Assembly (NCBI GenBank): GCA_030295235.1
Contig: AP026148.1
Location: forward strand, 434,001-498,000
DNA from: Fistulifera solaris
Taxonomy: Eukaryota
Reading direction: 5' to 3'
DNA: 64,000 bases
In this document: positions 37,554 through 49,427 of the stretch, one piece after another
Position numbering within the stretch: the stretch's first letter is position 1
How the letters are laid out: each line of letters begins with the position of its first letter
Made by a program: the position numbers and the translations under genes
The notes under the pieces: model-generated
Databases searched by the model: none
What the model was told of the DNA's origin: nothing
The model's input: only the letters and a program-made list of their open reading frames with translations

Positions 37554-39126
37554 TTATTCTGGCGGTGAGTCAATCATGCCCAAGTCGACCAATATACGAT
37601 ATGCGCGCTCCTTCAAAGGAAGTGCAATATATTTCTTTTGCAACTCAGCCTCCTCGTCGGGGCTGAGAGGTTGCCGTCGATACTGTTTTTTCCTTCCGAT
37701 GGTTGAGCTCATATCAGTTGATGTTTCACTTGCTTCATCTGTCACAAATTTTTTGTTATTGAGAGGCATCGGCACATTTATCTCTGGTATTTTTTCTTGT
37801 TCGGGTATGACATTCTCAGCTTGCACGGTGTTTGCATCTTCAATTTTTTCAGCGCTCGCTTGATCATCCTTTTGGTTTCGGTCAAAAGGCTTTCTTGCTT
37901 CAATCTTTCTTCGAGCAATGCCCTTCGAGCCGCTTCTTCTTCCTTACTCTTTCTTAATCTTGTCTCCTCTTCAAGTCGTCTAGCTTCTTCTTTCAGTCTT
38001 TCTTCCAATATAGCACGACGAGTGGCTTCTTCCTTTTTAAAAGGGAAGAAGCTTCTGCGGTCTTTTGATATCATCTTCCTGTACAGGTTCACCCAGACTC
38101 AAGTCGTTCTTGCTCTTATAATCTAGTTCGTCTGCCAACCCATTGCTTCCCTCATTGTTTTGCGTGAAACCCACTGACTCGGTCCCTTTACGCTTCTTGA
38201 CTACTTGGTCTGTTGCTTGTAATTGTTCTTCTATGGCCTCTTCCTTCTTTTCCGACATTTTTCCTTGATCCATCGTGGCATCCTTTTTCACATTCCTGTC
38301 TTGCAAATCTTCCTGGATTCTCGGGGTCACTTTTTGACGGCTTCAATTCCTTTGGGCTTGGTCTTTGCCGGGCTTTCTTTCTCGATAATATCGGCAGAGG
38401 GATCCGAAATGACTCTTACGTCTTCCTCGATCAGAGGCACACTGGATCTTACAAACTTCTCGGCATCATCTGTCTCGGAAGCTTTGGCAGTCTTGTCACC
38501 GCCAAAAAGTTGCTCCAGTTCGCGAAAAGCTTCCTTGGAAATCGACGACGGCAAATGCTGTACTTGCAATTCCGAAAGAGAAGGAGCACTTTTTCATTCA
38601 TTTCATCTTCGTCATCGCTGATCGGGGGTACCAGCGACAGCCCTAATACCGTGCCACCACCTGCAGCAAGCATGATGACTCTGCGTTTCGTCCAAAAAGT
38701 TCCTTTTTTAGATGAGACCGGAATTGTGGCTAGTTGAGTCTCTCTATTGAAGCTAGTTGATGTCAACTGCACCGTTCCTCGCAGTGTGATACCATTCGAA
38801 GACGCCCGCAGTTCTTCAGATGTTGCAGTATCGTCTTTTGAAGGAAGTGCGCCGACTGGACGGGAAAATGTGAAGGATGCAGCGAGTACCAAGGATGCCA
38901 ATGCCCGTCTCTTCTTCTTGTTTGCTGTTGGACGAAACCACGTTGGTAAAATCGACACCAGTCGATGACGCCATTGTCCTTTTCTATCTACATCAGCTTC
39001 TTCGTTCATCGTAGTCACGGGTAAAAAAGAAAAGGCCGAGAAACGGGGTGACGGATAGGACGGCACGAATGCGTGAGAGCATCGCAGTAAGCATAGCAAC
39101 AGAACGAGCGCGCTTGTAACTTTCAT
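37554..39126 (-). CDS. Hypothetical plastid-targeted protein (several apparent frameshifts)
   Basis: MMKVTSALVLLLCLLRCSHA-FVP presequence; five tandem same-strand ORF fragments; C-terminal LQKKYIALPLKERAYRILVDLGMI. Confidence 0.6.
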
Positions 39127-39554
39127 CATGGAAGAATACAGCAACGGACGGGTCTAAGATGAGAGTGAGTATTGTATTTATAGCTTGGGTTGATGGTTTG
39201 GGTGTCAGTGTAGCATTAATTGCTTTTGTAGACTCCTTTCAAAGATCTCAATCTGAATCATCATCACAGGATCGCAATCATTGCGACAAGTAGCTGGTGC
39301 CGGTAATCTTTTTTTCAATATTCTATTCCATGTTCGTGCATAATTCATACATAGGCGAACCAACCTGAACGACATTCAGTTCTTAAGTATCATGTACCAG
39401 TGCCGACGACCACCAGACCTGTCCGTGTTCCCAAGTTATTTTCGACAACCATTTCAAGAACGGCATGGCTTTCATATCTCTAGTTCGAGGAGAACCTTGA
39501 ATTGATACAAGGGCATCTAAAGCTTGGGTATGATTTTGACAAATCACAGCTAAG

Positions 39555-40293
39555 ATGACGAGACCACGACCAGTCCTCAGTGTACTCATGAGCTTGTTAG
39601 CACTAGCCAACGGTTTCACGACAATTATCCAGCCCCGATCATGCACATGGGAGTCTTCGCTGTGGATGCAATCGTGGCATCGCTTGAGTCCCCAAAAGCC
39701 TTGTGTCGTTACATACTTTCAAGTGGACGACACGGAACTGGATTTTGAAGAGACCGAAACGCCTGTCAGTAAATATTTCGACCAAATAAAGAGCATGATA
39801 TACTTTTTATGGATGCGAAGCGCGGTTGCTTTCATGTGTGCGCGGAGTCAAGGGACGCGGCTTCGCGCGTCGAAGATGCACCTGCAACTACTGAAGCTAT
39901 CGGAAATGCTAATGAAATTCCGCAAGAGGTCACAGAAAAGAATTGACACCCGAAACTGGAAACGAAAATTTGAATCATTTAGATGTAGTCGAGGCGAACG
40001 AAATATCAAGTGAAAATCAAGTACCGGTGATCAATTCAGCGAATAAAACGTCAATAGAAGATGAGAGCAGCGAACTTACGAGTGGCCCAGTAAAGGAGGA
40101 AAAGCAAGTTACAATCGATAGTGAGCGGCCATCCACAATGCATGCTAGAGAAGGTGACCGCGTTGTTGCCCTTAAGGATGAATTTTTCGATCCCATGTTA
40201 GAGGCAATCTCACTAGATTTTGGTCGACCATTAGAAATTATTGAGACCGGAGTTCCTCCGTTGCGCGAAAAGTCAAACCCTGACGAAAGCTAG
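39555..40293 (+). CDS. Hypothetical protein with bipartite presequence (frameshifted)
   Basis: MTRPRPVLSVLMSLLALANG-FTT; acidic continuation in ORF 39943-40293. Confidence 0.5.
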
Positions 40294-40391
40294 ACATAAA
40301 TTACTGAGTATCAAGTATTGTAGGGAACATGGGAGTGTCATATTCGCTATTTAGATAATAATACTTTGATCCCTATCACCCTACAAATCAT

Positions 40392-41803
40392 CTACTTGTT
40401 GAATCCTTGTCCCATGACTGGAAGCTTCGGAGTAAGTGGAAGAGTCAGCCCTTCATTAGCAACGCGTTTGTTGATCTCAGCGCGAAGGCTTCTGATGACT
40501 TCCACCGGTCGTGCAAACGGACCGGAAGCATTGACCGTTTCCTGAAGGTCAGCAATTTCTTCTTCGCTCCATCCCCCAAACCAACCATCTGTGAAATGTA
40601 AACGCTGTTTTTGCTTAGTGGACAATCCGGTGTCAGACTCAGAACAGCAGCGACTTGTTCTCGATCAAGGCTGCAGACAACTTCTTGGTTTTGGCTTCCA
40701 TACAGGATCCCGTTAGTGCGCTGAAGCTTTCCAATTTTTACAACAACTCCACTTTCCGTCTTTAGGTCGACAAGAGCACCCAATCGAGCCTCAAGAATCT
40801 GAATGCGTGCTACCGACTCCCGGACTACGAAACGTAAATTATCTCCTGGAGGACAACTCTCTGACATTTCAACGAGATCGGAGAACTTTGGAATTGTGAG
40901 GCGCACCGGCTCTTCTCTCACATATTCGTGGCTTTGAATCAGGGGCGACGAAAGGAGCTTTACATACACCACGCGTAGGTCCTCGGGGGATTTCTGATTC
41001 GGCTTAAGACCAATCTGGATTCGATGACTGCCCAAAACTTCAATTGCAAATACCAGATCACCCTTACTATCGGGACCGCTCGCTGGCTCTAACCCGATGA
41101 TACGGATGCCACTAAGTTCCTCCATTACAGCAACAAGCTTTTCATAGAATTCTTGTACTTCATCGAGACGCTGCACTTCGCTTTCGAGCTTTTTGTTTTC
41201 GAGTCGCAATTGCTCGAGGTGGGTCGGGTTTAAGTTCTCACCGTCAACCTCTAGCTTTTCGATTCCGATTTCCAATTCCCTGGACGCATTTTCAACTTTG
41301 GCAATCTCTGCTTTCAATGACGCAGCTCGTTGTTGCAAAAGAAGTAGCTGCTCTTCTTGATTTGCCAGTTCTTCTTCATCGACGTCGGTGTCATCTTCCA
41401 TAGAATCGTCTTCTATTGCTGTATTCATGTTTTCCATCTCCTTCATGAGTTGATGCAAATTGTCGCGTTTAGTTGTGAAATGCGCGTACTTGCTTTGCAA
41501 ATCAGCCTTCGCCGTTTGAAAGTTGTGAATTTGTGCGACCAGATTCGAAAAGACTTCTCGCTGTCGCATTTCCAACGCTACTTGCTCCTCTTTTGTTGGT
41601 GCCTCGATACTCGGGGTATCTTTTCCCGCTTCAGCAATGAAAGCATGAAGGATACGACGTTTCAGGTACTCGTCGCGGACTTGCTCATAGCGAGGCAAAA
41701 GAGTCGCGGAATCGAAAGGAGTGGTGTGAAATTGCTCGTCGATATCAAAGTCTTTCAGTGCTTCAAGAGTCTCTCGAACCTTGCGTAAGTCTACGGAAGT
41801 CAT
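40392..41803 (-). CDS. Coiled-coil protein with C-terminal alpha/beta (RWD-like) region; tentative kinetochore Zwint/Sos7-like
   Basis: 452-aa ORF plus a frameshifted tail (..GW.EEEIADLQETVNASGPF.RPVEVIRSL). Long coil followed by MEELSGIRII and beta-rich segments; C-terminal LSLTPDCP is reminiscent of the RWD YP motif. Confidence 0.55.
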
Positions 41804-42593
41804 TTTCTCTAATCGTTGTCTTTATTATTATTTTTGTTGGTCAAGTTGATCGTAAGTACTTGCTCTGTATATATTGTTGTGGAGAGAAGAAGACGCACAT
41901 TGCACAGTGCAGGTTTGCAGGACCTTTGTCAACAAAACACGCGTTTGATTACATTTGGCGCGGTGCGTGCTCGCGTTTTTAGTGAGTTTCTTTTAAATTC
42001 AACGGCCTCGCGCGCGCCTGATCACTCACTTAATGGAATCATCAATTATTTAACTTAATGCCGAAACGTCAACAACTTAGAAACGTTAACATGAAACATA
42101 ACTTTACTTAGCTTCCTTACTAAGGTTAGGCGTACCCTTGTGAGCACTTCGACTCTCATGATAAGGTTTATCATCATCATCTAATGTCTCTAGTTAGTTC
42201 CTCGGTTTAGTTAAGAGTTTAAAATCAATTGAGTCAAATCAATATAAAAAACCGTATTAATAGCCAATGATAGATAGATAGATAGTATGTTGCTTGTCAC
42301 TTTCGCTAGCTAAAAAACACTACACATTTCGAACGCAATAAGGGAGTAAAAGGATTGGTCCTCGAGGTTGACTCGGGCCACCAGAGACTGCTGTGGAATA
42401 AAGCGTTGTTACTGCGGGTAATACTGTACTGTGAATAGAATGACTACGCAACAATGATCTCTTAGTACTACGGGCGGAAGCCAGCAGTCGTACGTGATAA
42501 TCAGGTGCATTGCTTTTCACTACCGGCGATTGAACATGATTTATGGACGTCTACTACCTTTGTGTGCACATTATTTGGCTACTTTTTGTAAGG

Positions 42594-42851
42594 CTACCGT
42601 TCCCAGCGACTCTCCGTCACTTTGTTGCTGTCGTCTTTGTACATCCAGTTGTCAGCTTGAATCGACTGCAATAAGCCTCTGAGCGACTGCAACTTGGCTT
42701 TTAGAAGCTCCCGGTGACTGTTTGCCGCCGCTTCTTCATGCACGTGCTCCTCACTGATAGTATTGAGGCGGTCTTCGTGCTCCTGAGGGGATATCTCGTG
42801 ATTCTGCTGTTGATCCAGACGACGTAGAAAAGAATTACCAGTCGATTGCAT
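42594..42851 (-). CDS. Small protein (85 aa), tentative APC16-like
   Basis: C-terminal helix KLQSLRGLLQSIQADNWMYK. Confidence 0.55.
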   Translation of the reverse strand: MQSTGNSFLRRLDQQQNHEISPQEHEDRLNTISEEHVHEEAAANSHRELLKAKLQSLRGLLQSIQADNWMYKDDSNKVTESRWER

Positions 42852-43243
42852 TGTTAGCAGTTATTCCCCGTATGATATAGGAGAGAAAACTCTGGTCCGA
42901 GGTAGTTTTTTTACTTTACTCGACGAAAACCGACAGAATGGTGTTTATGTTGTATGGAACGCTCTGTAGATACCAGCGATTGATTAAGTGCGCGATCGTC
43001 TTGTTTCTTCCATGTTCCATGGTCGTGGTTTTTGCGAGGACCGAGCGGTGGTGCCTTTTACAGACTAGACTAAGGTTAGTGGATTTACAAAAGGGCTCAT
43101 TTTTTGTTTTTACTTTGGTACCAGGTACCGGTACCGGTACCCGTCGCGTGGAAAGCACCACGATCTCCCATAGGCCTCATTGAAACCCAAGAAACAATAC
43201 CCTGTAATGGCAAATTGTCGCATAAAATTGTAAACTCAATTCA

Positions 43244-45038
43244 ATGACAGGGGGTAAGGGATTCCGTCGCGGCTTCTTGCTTGAAAAGCCGAAAAAAGCG
43301 ATAAAGAGAGCATCTCCCAAGAACACTAACGTATCATCAGCACTTTTAGATATAGAAAGTCCTTCGCGTTCTGTTTTCGAGGTGACTGCTGTTGACCAAG
43401 GAACTGACATTTTCGCAGCTGAGCCTGAGCCTGAGCGGCCTTGGAAAAGGATGAGTCGTCGTCGTTATTTACCGCGGTAAAGACAACTTCCCGATCACCT
43501 CCTTTCGTCAACAGGTTAGAGGTTCCCGAAGAACAGCTTATAACCGAAAACGCGACAACAACAATTTTGAAGACCTCGGTTGCAAATGAAGCAGTAACCC
43601 TTGTGATTCCCGAACCAAGGCCAAAATGGCTACTTGCAGAAGAGCCCTCTCGAAATGACGACGACTCTCACGTGCCAAAAAGCGAACTTACAATTCAGGA
43701 ATTTCTAATGGAGGATGACAACGACATAAACGAAGATCTTGCAAAAACCCTTCTTCGGATCAAACGAAGTAATGACTGGCGGAAAGTCGGATCGCATTTC
43801 GTCCAGGCGCATTTGCACACTGCGAAAAAGCGAAATAGCGTTTGGAATCTACTTTTCGATGGTGACTTTACTCTACCGAAATCTCGTCTCGCCCTGTGCT
43901 TATTATTGCATCATGGACTCGATCCACTAACAAAAGGCTTGGAAGATACAGGAAGCAAATCAGCGCGTTGTCGTGTGATGAAATATATTGCTCTAATTGA
44001 GTATCATCTGGATCAAGAGGGTGTTGCTTCTGATCTCGTTGAAATTTTGCTACCTAAAATTGCTTATGTGGTAAAGTCAGAAAAGAAAAGGACCTATCTA
44101 GCACAACAGGCTATGGAGGTTGCCATTAAACTGATATCTGCAGCAGCCATTATTGGCACAAGCGATACCGATATTGCCACGTTGCTTCACAATTACGTAG
44201 CAACTGTTGACGAACTTCTCTGCACGCAAATGGCTTGGTTCGGCGATGATGTAAACTGGTTCACTGCTGAAGGCGCACGACAATGGTGCAAGTTCGTTGT
44301 TTTAACATCCTGGCAGGATGTGAACGAAACTCATAGAGGCCGGGGAAAGGCAATAGATTGGTGTAGAGCGCTGCAGGGGACTAGCTCACACAACCTGAAG
44401 GTTTCAAGCTTTTCTGCGACTCTTCTTTCACCCCCGAATTTCCCCTTAATAGCTTCATTACCTCACTCCGGGTATCGCTCGAAGCAAATGACCTTAAATA
44501 TACAAGTTTCTTTAATGTCTTCCTAGCCTGGTTAGGTCGCAAAGCGAGCCGGGTTCAGATCGACCTCAACGACAAGCGAGATTGTATTGAGGATCTTTTG
44601 CTCGAGCTCTTGAAGCAGACAGCTCAACCACTCTCACTTGTTGCCGCTCTGTAAGTGATTTGACAATCCTATTGTAAAATCATGCGCAAAATCATCTGAT
44701 CGCTGTCTTGTTCCAGGAATGCTCTATGGTCAAGTAGTGGTTTCGTTCCAGGCGATGTGCTTCGCACGCCGATTCCAATCACGCGCCTTCCGCACTCACT
44801 GGAATGCATTCTTTCTCTTGTTTCGAGTAAGAAAGCTGATACTACCAAAGAATACGGGATGGTTCGATCCTTTGCGCTAAACACGCTATCCTGCTCATTT
44901 AAACTAGTAGGGTCGAGTTTATTGGATTTTCTGCCTCGTCATGACATTGACCCAGATTTCATCGAAGAATGTGTATCTCATCAAAATTAACCACGCTTCA
45001 CACCTTTTGCGGATCCAGAGTCGGCTTTCACTTTCTGA
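43244..45038 (+). CDS. Hypothetical protein (frameshift and probable introns; 3' end uncertain)
   Basis: ORFs 43244-43480, 43441-44526 and 44757-44990 on the same strand; begins MTGGKGFRRGFLL; candidate intron about 44651-44717 (GTAAGT...CCAG). Confidence 0.55.
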
Positions 45039-45049
45039 CAACATCGACA

Positions 45050-47650
45050 GAGGCGCGTGACTATAGTCGACTCGGTACTTGCCCACTAATACAATAAAAC
45101 AAAAACCGAGAATGTATCATACGCATGTCCTATCCCTATAAGATACCAGAAAACAACAACATCAGTAAAATTTGCCAATTGCTAGACCAATGATGAATGT
45201 ATGCATCATGCCTGTCGTCTGATTAAGACTGACATCTTGACTAGGTCCGCGGCCGACATTGAGAATAACATGTTGACTTAACGAAAGTCAATAAAGATGA
45301 CATTTGCTTGAGGCGCTTGCGAAATATTAGAACATGCTGTGTAAATTTGTCAAGAAAATCTTGATGCTAATTGCTAGACCAATGTTGAGTGTATTCATCA
45401 CGGCTGTTATCTTGTCCAGACCGGCGGCCGAAAATTAGAATTGCATGTTGACTTGGCAGCAGTCAGTAAGGATGACGTTTGCTTGAGGCGCTTGCGAAAA
45501 ATTGGTACAGACTGTGTAAATTGAGTATATCATTTAACATTTTTGTGCAGCCAAAAACCAACCAGAATGTGAGTTGATTTTTTCAGGACAAAGCATCGCG
45601 ATCAAACTGAGCATCTTCTGTGAATAGATGCTCACTTAATTCAAGAACGCGTATTATGGCATAACTTTGTATGCCGTACACTTGATTCTGCCGTGACTGA
45701 TGGGTGCGACTGTCAATTCAAGGGTGCGACTATATAGTTCAATGTGCGTTAAAGGCTCTACTAGCTTATCATAAGCCTTCTTAAGCCCGTACAATTTTTT
45801 TCAATATTCAAGAAAATAAGAATTAAATTAATTTCGAAGTATATCGGACAATGGATCAAAAGAAAAAATATTAGAAAAACAATAATGTTTTTTCTTTGAG
45901 GTTAAATCATTGAATTTTTGTGTAAGTAGCTCGTCTGTTCAACTAGTTATTAAGATTTATCTTCTCGCAACATTTTAAAGTTTAAACAAATTCAAACTCT
46001 CCTAAAAAAATCGTTTTTACTTGATATCGTAAACGAAGGGGTAAATCGACCTGCAAAAGTACTCCTGATGAATAGGAAGGGGTTGCGAAAAGAGTGGTGA
46101 ATCGGATCGGGAGAAGCCTCGACGAAACAATAGAACTTATGTACAAATCCGGAAATAAGCAGTCTTTTCAAAGATAAGAATCTTAACAGAGACAAAGTGC
46201 ATATATATGATTTTACCTGCACTTGAAATTATTTGGTTATTTTGACGAAAGGGTTATTTTTACCCCGGATGAACAGGGTCTCAAATGTTTTGCTTTAATC
46301 GTCGAAAAAGTCGATTCGCTCTTTTCCAAACCTTGAAATATTTGAAGTCATGTGGCTTTTTCTTTATTGCGAGAAAAGCACTTGTCACTTTCGAAAGACT
46401 ACGTCTCAATAGAATTAACGATTCATGTTTATTTGAGCTCGACAGCAGAATTATGTTTCACACCATGGCATGCAAGGTTGAATTATTTTCGAAACTCCTT
46501 TGCTAATAGGGGGATTCAGTCATTAATTCTTAAAATGCTTAGTTAACGTAGAAAATTTCTTGAACATGGTCAGATACCTTTCAGATGATCACCCTATGAG
46601 ACAACGGATCACAAAAATGCATAACTGTTATTTGAATGGAGAATTCGGGGAAATAGGTCACCGGACATCTTTTTCAAACACAAAAACTGACATGTTTGCA
46701 TTTACGTTGGACATTTCCTAGGGTTTACCTGACAGAAATAGACGATGTCTTACTACTTATTCTGTTTTGACTTCCGAAACGGCTCAGTTATACCTTTTTG
46801 GTTTACTTTTAAAACAAGAGAATCTTTTTTGTGATTGCTTGTTTTAGGATGGGTTATGAAAGATTTAACGATGATAATATTTCAGCCCGATCAATTCATG
46901 TTCTTCTTACGATCCGCTTTTCGCCATGATCGCAGCCGCGATTTGACTTTTTTAGCCTTCTCAATTGATGGATTGTTGGCATAGCAAGCAGTTTCGGCAG
47001 CGATGCATTTTGGAGGGAAACGTCAGAGGAATTGGAACAAACGTAACTCAGAGATTTGAGGGTTTATCAGGGCTCGCATGGGCCTTTCTTTGGTCCGGTG
47101 CGTTGGCATGCTGCTTCGGAATCCAAGAGATGGAGGACCACGGAGCACGGAGATTCCTCCCTTACTTGGGTGGGTTCAGGACTCGCCCTTTTTTAGCACT
47201 AGTAGCTGGAGCTTACTCAGCACGGGGCCAGCTTGGACCATTTTTGAGAAAATGATAATGAACAACGAAAAAATCAGTCTGAATACCAAAGTTGTATTTT
47301 GACTTTGGGAAATTAGGGAATAAAACAATGTAGGATAGTTAGGTAATAAATCTATCCAGGTAAAGATGCTGAGTTGGATATGCTGCCTGTGTAACCATAA
47401 GCATGCTCTTCCATCTAATAATATTAATCCTAATTTTTTTAATCATCAGAATCTAATCTTGACATTCGACTTTCCATTTTTCATTCACATATATTTCAGT
47501 CTGATGACACTTCTCTGAGTAAGCTTTGGTTCTAACTCTCTAGCCTTAGTGCGCTAGTAGGGGGCCAGTCCCGAGCCCGTTTCCCAATGAGGGGGAATCC
47601 GTTTTGGCATTCCTTCTCTACAGGTTACGAGCTTGCTCGCAGCAGGAAAC
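45050..47650. other. Gene-free, partly very AT-rich island
   Basis: No credible ORF in about 2.6 kb. Hand count for 45781-46020 gives 59 G+C in 240 nt (about 25%), clearly below the flanking genes. Confidence 0.7.
45177..45522. repeat. Degenerate tandem duplication (units of about 170 and 155 bp)
   Basis: Both units share AATTGCTAGACCAATG, GCGGCCGA, CATGTTGACTT, GATGACRTTTGCTTGAGGCGCTTGCGAAA and CTGTGTAAATT; they start at about 45177 and 45369. Confidence 0.85.
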
Positions 47651-47672
47651 TGACTGATCGTAAAAAGAAATA

Positions 47673-49109
47673 TTATTCCTCATCGGAGGAGCAGTCTAAA
47701 TCTAAATTCACGAAGTCATTGTGTTGAAAAATGTTTGCAACCGGTTTGCGTGCTCCATTTAAGTTGTTTTTTGGTGAAGATGAAAGCAATGGCGGAATGG
47801 AATTGGTTGGTGTGTGATTTGCCTTGTCGTTTTTTGCTGCTTTATCTAGTTCGCGAAGAGTCGCATTCGCCATCGCCATCGCTGCTGAAGAGCGCAAGAT
47901 CCTCCTCCCCTGGACAAGCCCTCCACAAGCCCGCTTGCTCGTCCTCTGTCGAACTCCCCCTTTCGTTTGTGCGATGTGGCAGCTGCCGACGACGCTTGGA
48001 CCGCTCTGATTCTGTCGTTGATTGTTTGAAATAACGCTGCTATGAATATTCGTTGAAGATTTTATCGGAGTTCTCGGTTCCCGTGGTGTTGGTGGCAGTG
48101 GGCTATTTGTGTTTGTCGGGAAGACCATAGGACTTTGCTCTCTTTCTAAAAATAAATGCCCTGGAGAGTTCATTTGCTGCTGCTGAGTAGCAGGAGTGGG
48201 CATCCGCTCACTTCTACTCGTCGGAAACGTTGTAGTCGTCGTAGTCGTCTCTTCTGGTTCGTAAATTGCATCAAATTCATCACAATCCTCGCCCACACTC
48301 TCCAGAGACGACGTGAGCGTGTTTCGCTTTTCTATCCATTCAATGAATCGAGGATCGGCTGTGTCACCATCTTCCTCATTTGCCGGCGGAGACCAAACGC
48401 ATTCAATATTCTGCTCACCAACGAGTAACATCCGCCCTATAATCATTTGCTTCGCTGGTCGCTTTGCTGTCGCTGCCTGGAGACGAATGAAGTAATATAG
48501 TGACCTCTTTCAACATCCATACCATCCCAATCCGAACATACTTGGGAAGCTTTTGCTCTTGTTCGACAAAGCGTGGCTTGATCCAAGCGTTAATGTTAGC
48601 ACCGGTCTCATCCAGAAGTTCGACGACCCATAAAGTATCCGATCGCGCATCAATCGTATGCACCAAAACGAGGAGTGATTTGTTAGGGGAAGCTTCCAAT
48701 CGACTTGGCCGCGAAGGATTTCCAGAATCATGACAAACTTGGGCGGCATAAAGCGACGAATCGTCGTGTATCGTTGTTGTTCTGATAGATAGGAGCGTAG
48801 CATCGGTGTCACGATTTGTAAATGGCAGAGCATGTCGACCCATGCGCGAGAGTAAAAGACCACACCCGATGTCGGAGCCTTTGTGTTTTCAGCAATACCT
48901 TGAGTAAATTCAATACCCCTTTCTTCCTCGTGACTCTCTTCGTTCATGCTGATGCTCAGAATGGACCCATTTTTGGCATTCAATTGCTCGCGCTGTGCCT
49001 GAAATAGAACACCGGCAGGTCCGACGGGTGCATAGCGACGACGATGACATTTTGCCTTCTTTTGTGGGTTGTGCGAAGACTGCAAGACTTGTGAAGTTAC
49101 ATCTGTCAT
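47673..49109 (-). CDS. HROB/MCM8IP-like OB-fold protein (2 apparent frameshifts)
   Basis: VGPAGVL, FYSRAWVDM, LVLVHTI.....WVVELLDETGANINAWI and VRIGMVWMLKEVTIL follow the motif order I recall for the HROB OB-fold (PGPAG, W..M, LKDPTG, G.VLLLK.V). Confidence 0.6.
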
Positions 49110-49427
49110 TGCTGCTTAGTTGAGAAGCTTGAAATTCATCGAGATGATCTACACGGTTTATTATTATTTTATGATTACCAGGTATGAAAATAAAGAGGGA
49201 TACCAGGTACTATTGTCGGCTTGATTTATTGTTACCTTGTATGATCGCAGCACGAGAGACGAAAAGTGCGCCAGTGAAAGGCAGTGAAGTGCGCGAAGAG
49301 TCGCCGCGCACAGCGTGCGGCCGCGTCGTTTCTTCTCCTCCACCTAACTCATACGGCGCCAACAAAAACACGACAGAATACAAAGGGCTTTATTTCTTTC
49401 CAACTTTTTGTATTCAACACATTCTTA

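Noticed and set aside
13470..43078. Recurrent TAAGGTTA/TAACCTTA (13470, 20794, 42121, 43071)
   Set aside because: Four exact copies against about 2 expected by chance; not convincing from this window.
46965..47660. More GC-rich patches inside the gene-free island as possible tRNA/snRNA or short ORFs
   Set aside because: No cloverleaf, A/B boxes or snRNA motifs that I can recognise, and the ORFs are short and featureless; an Rfam search would be needed.
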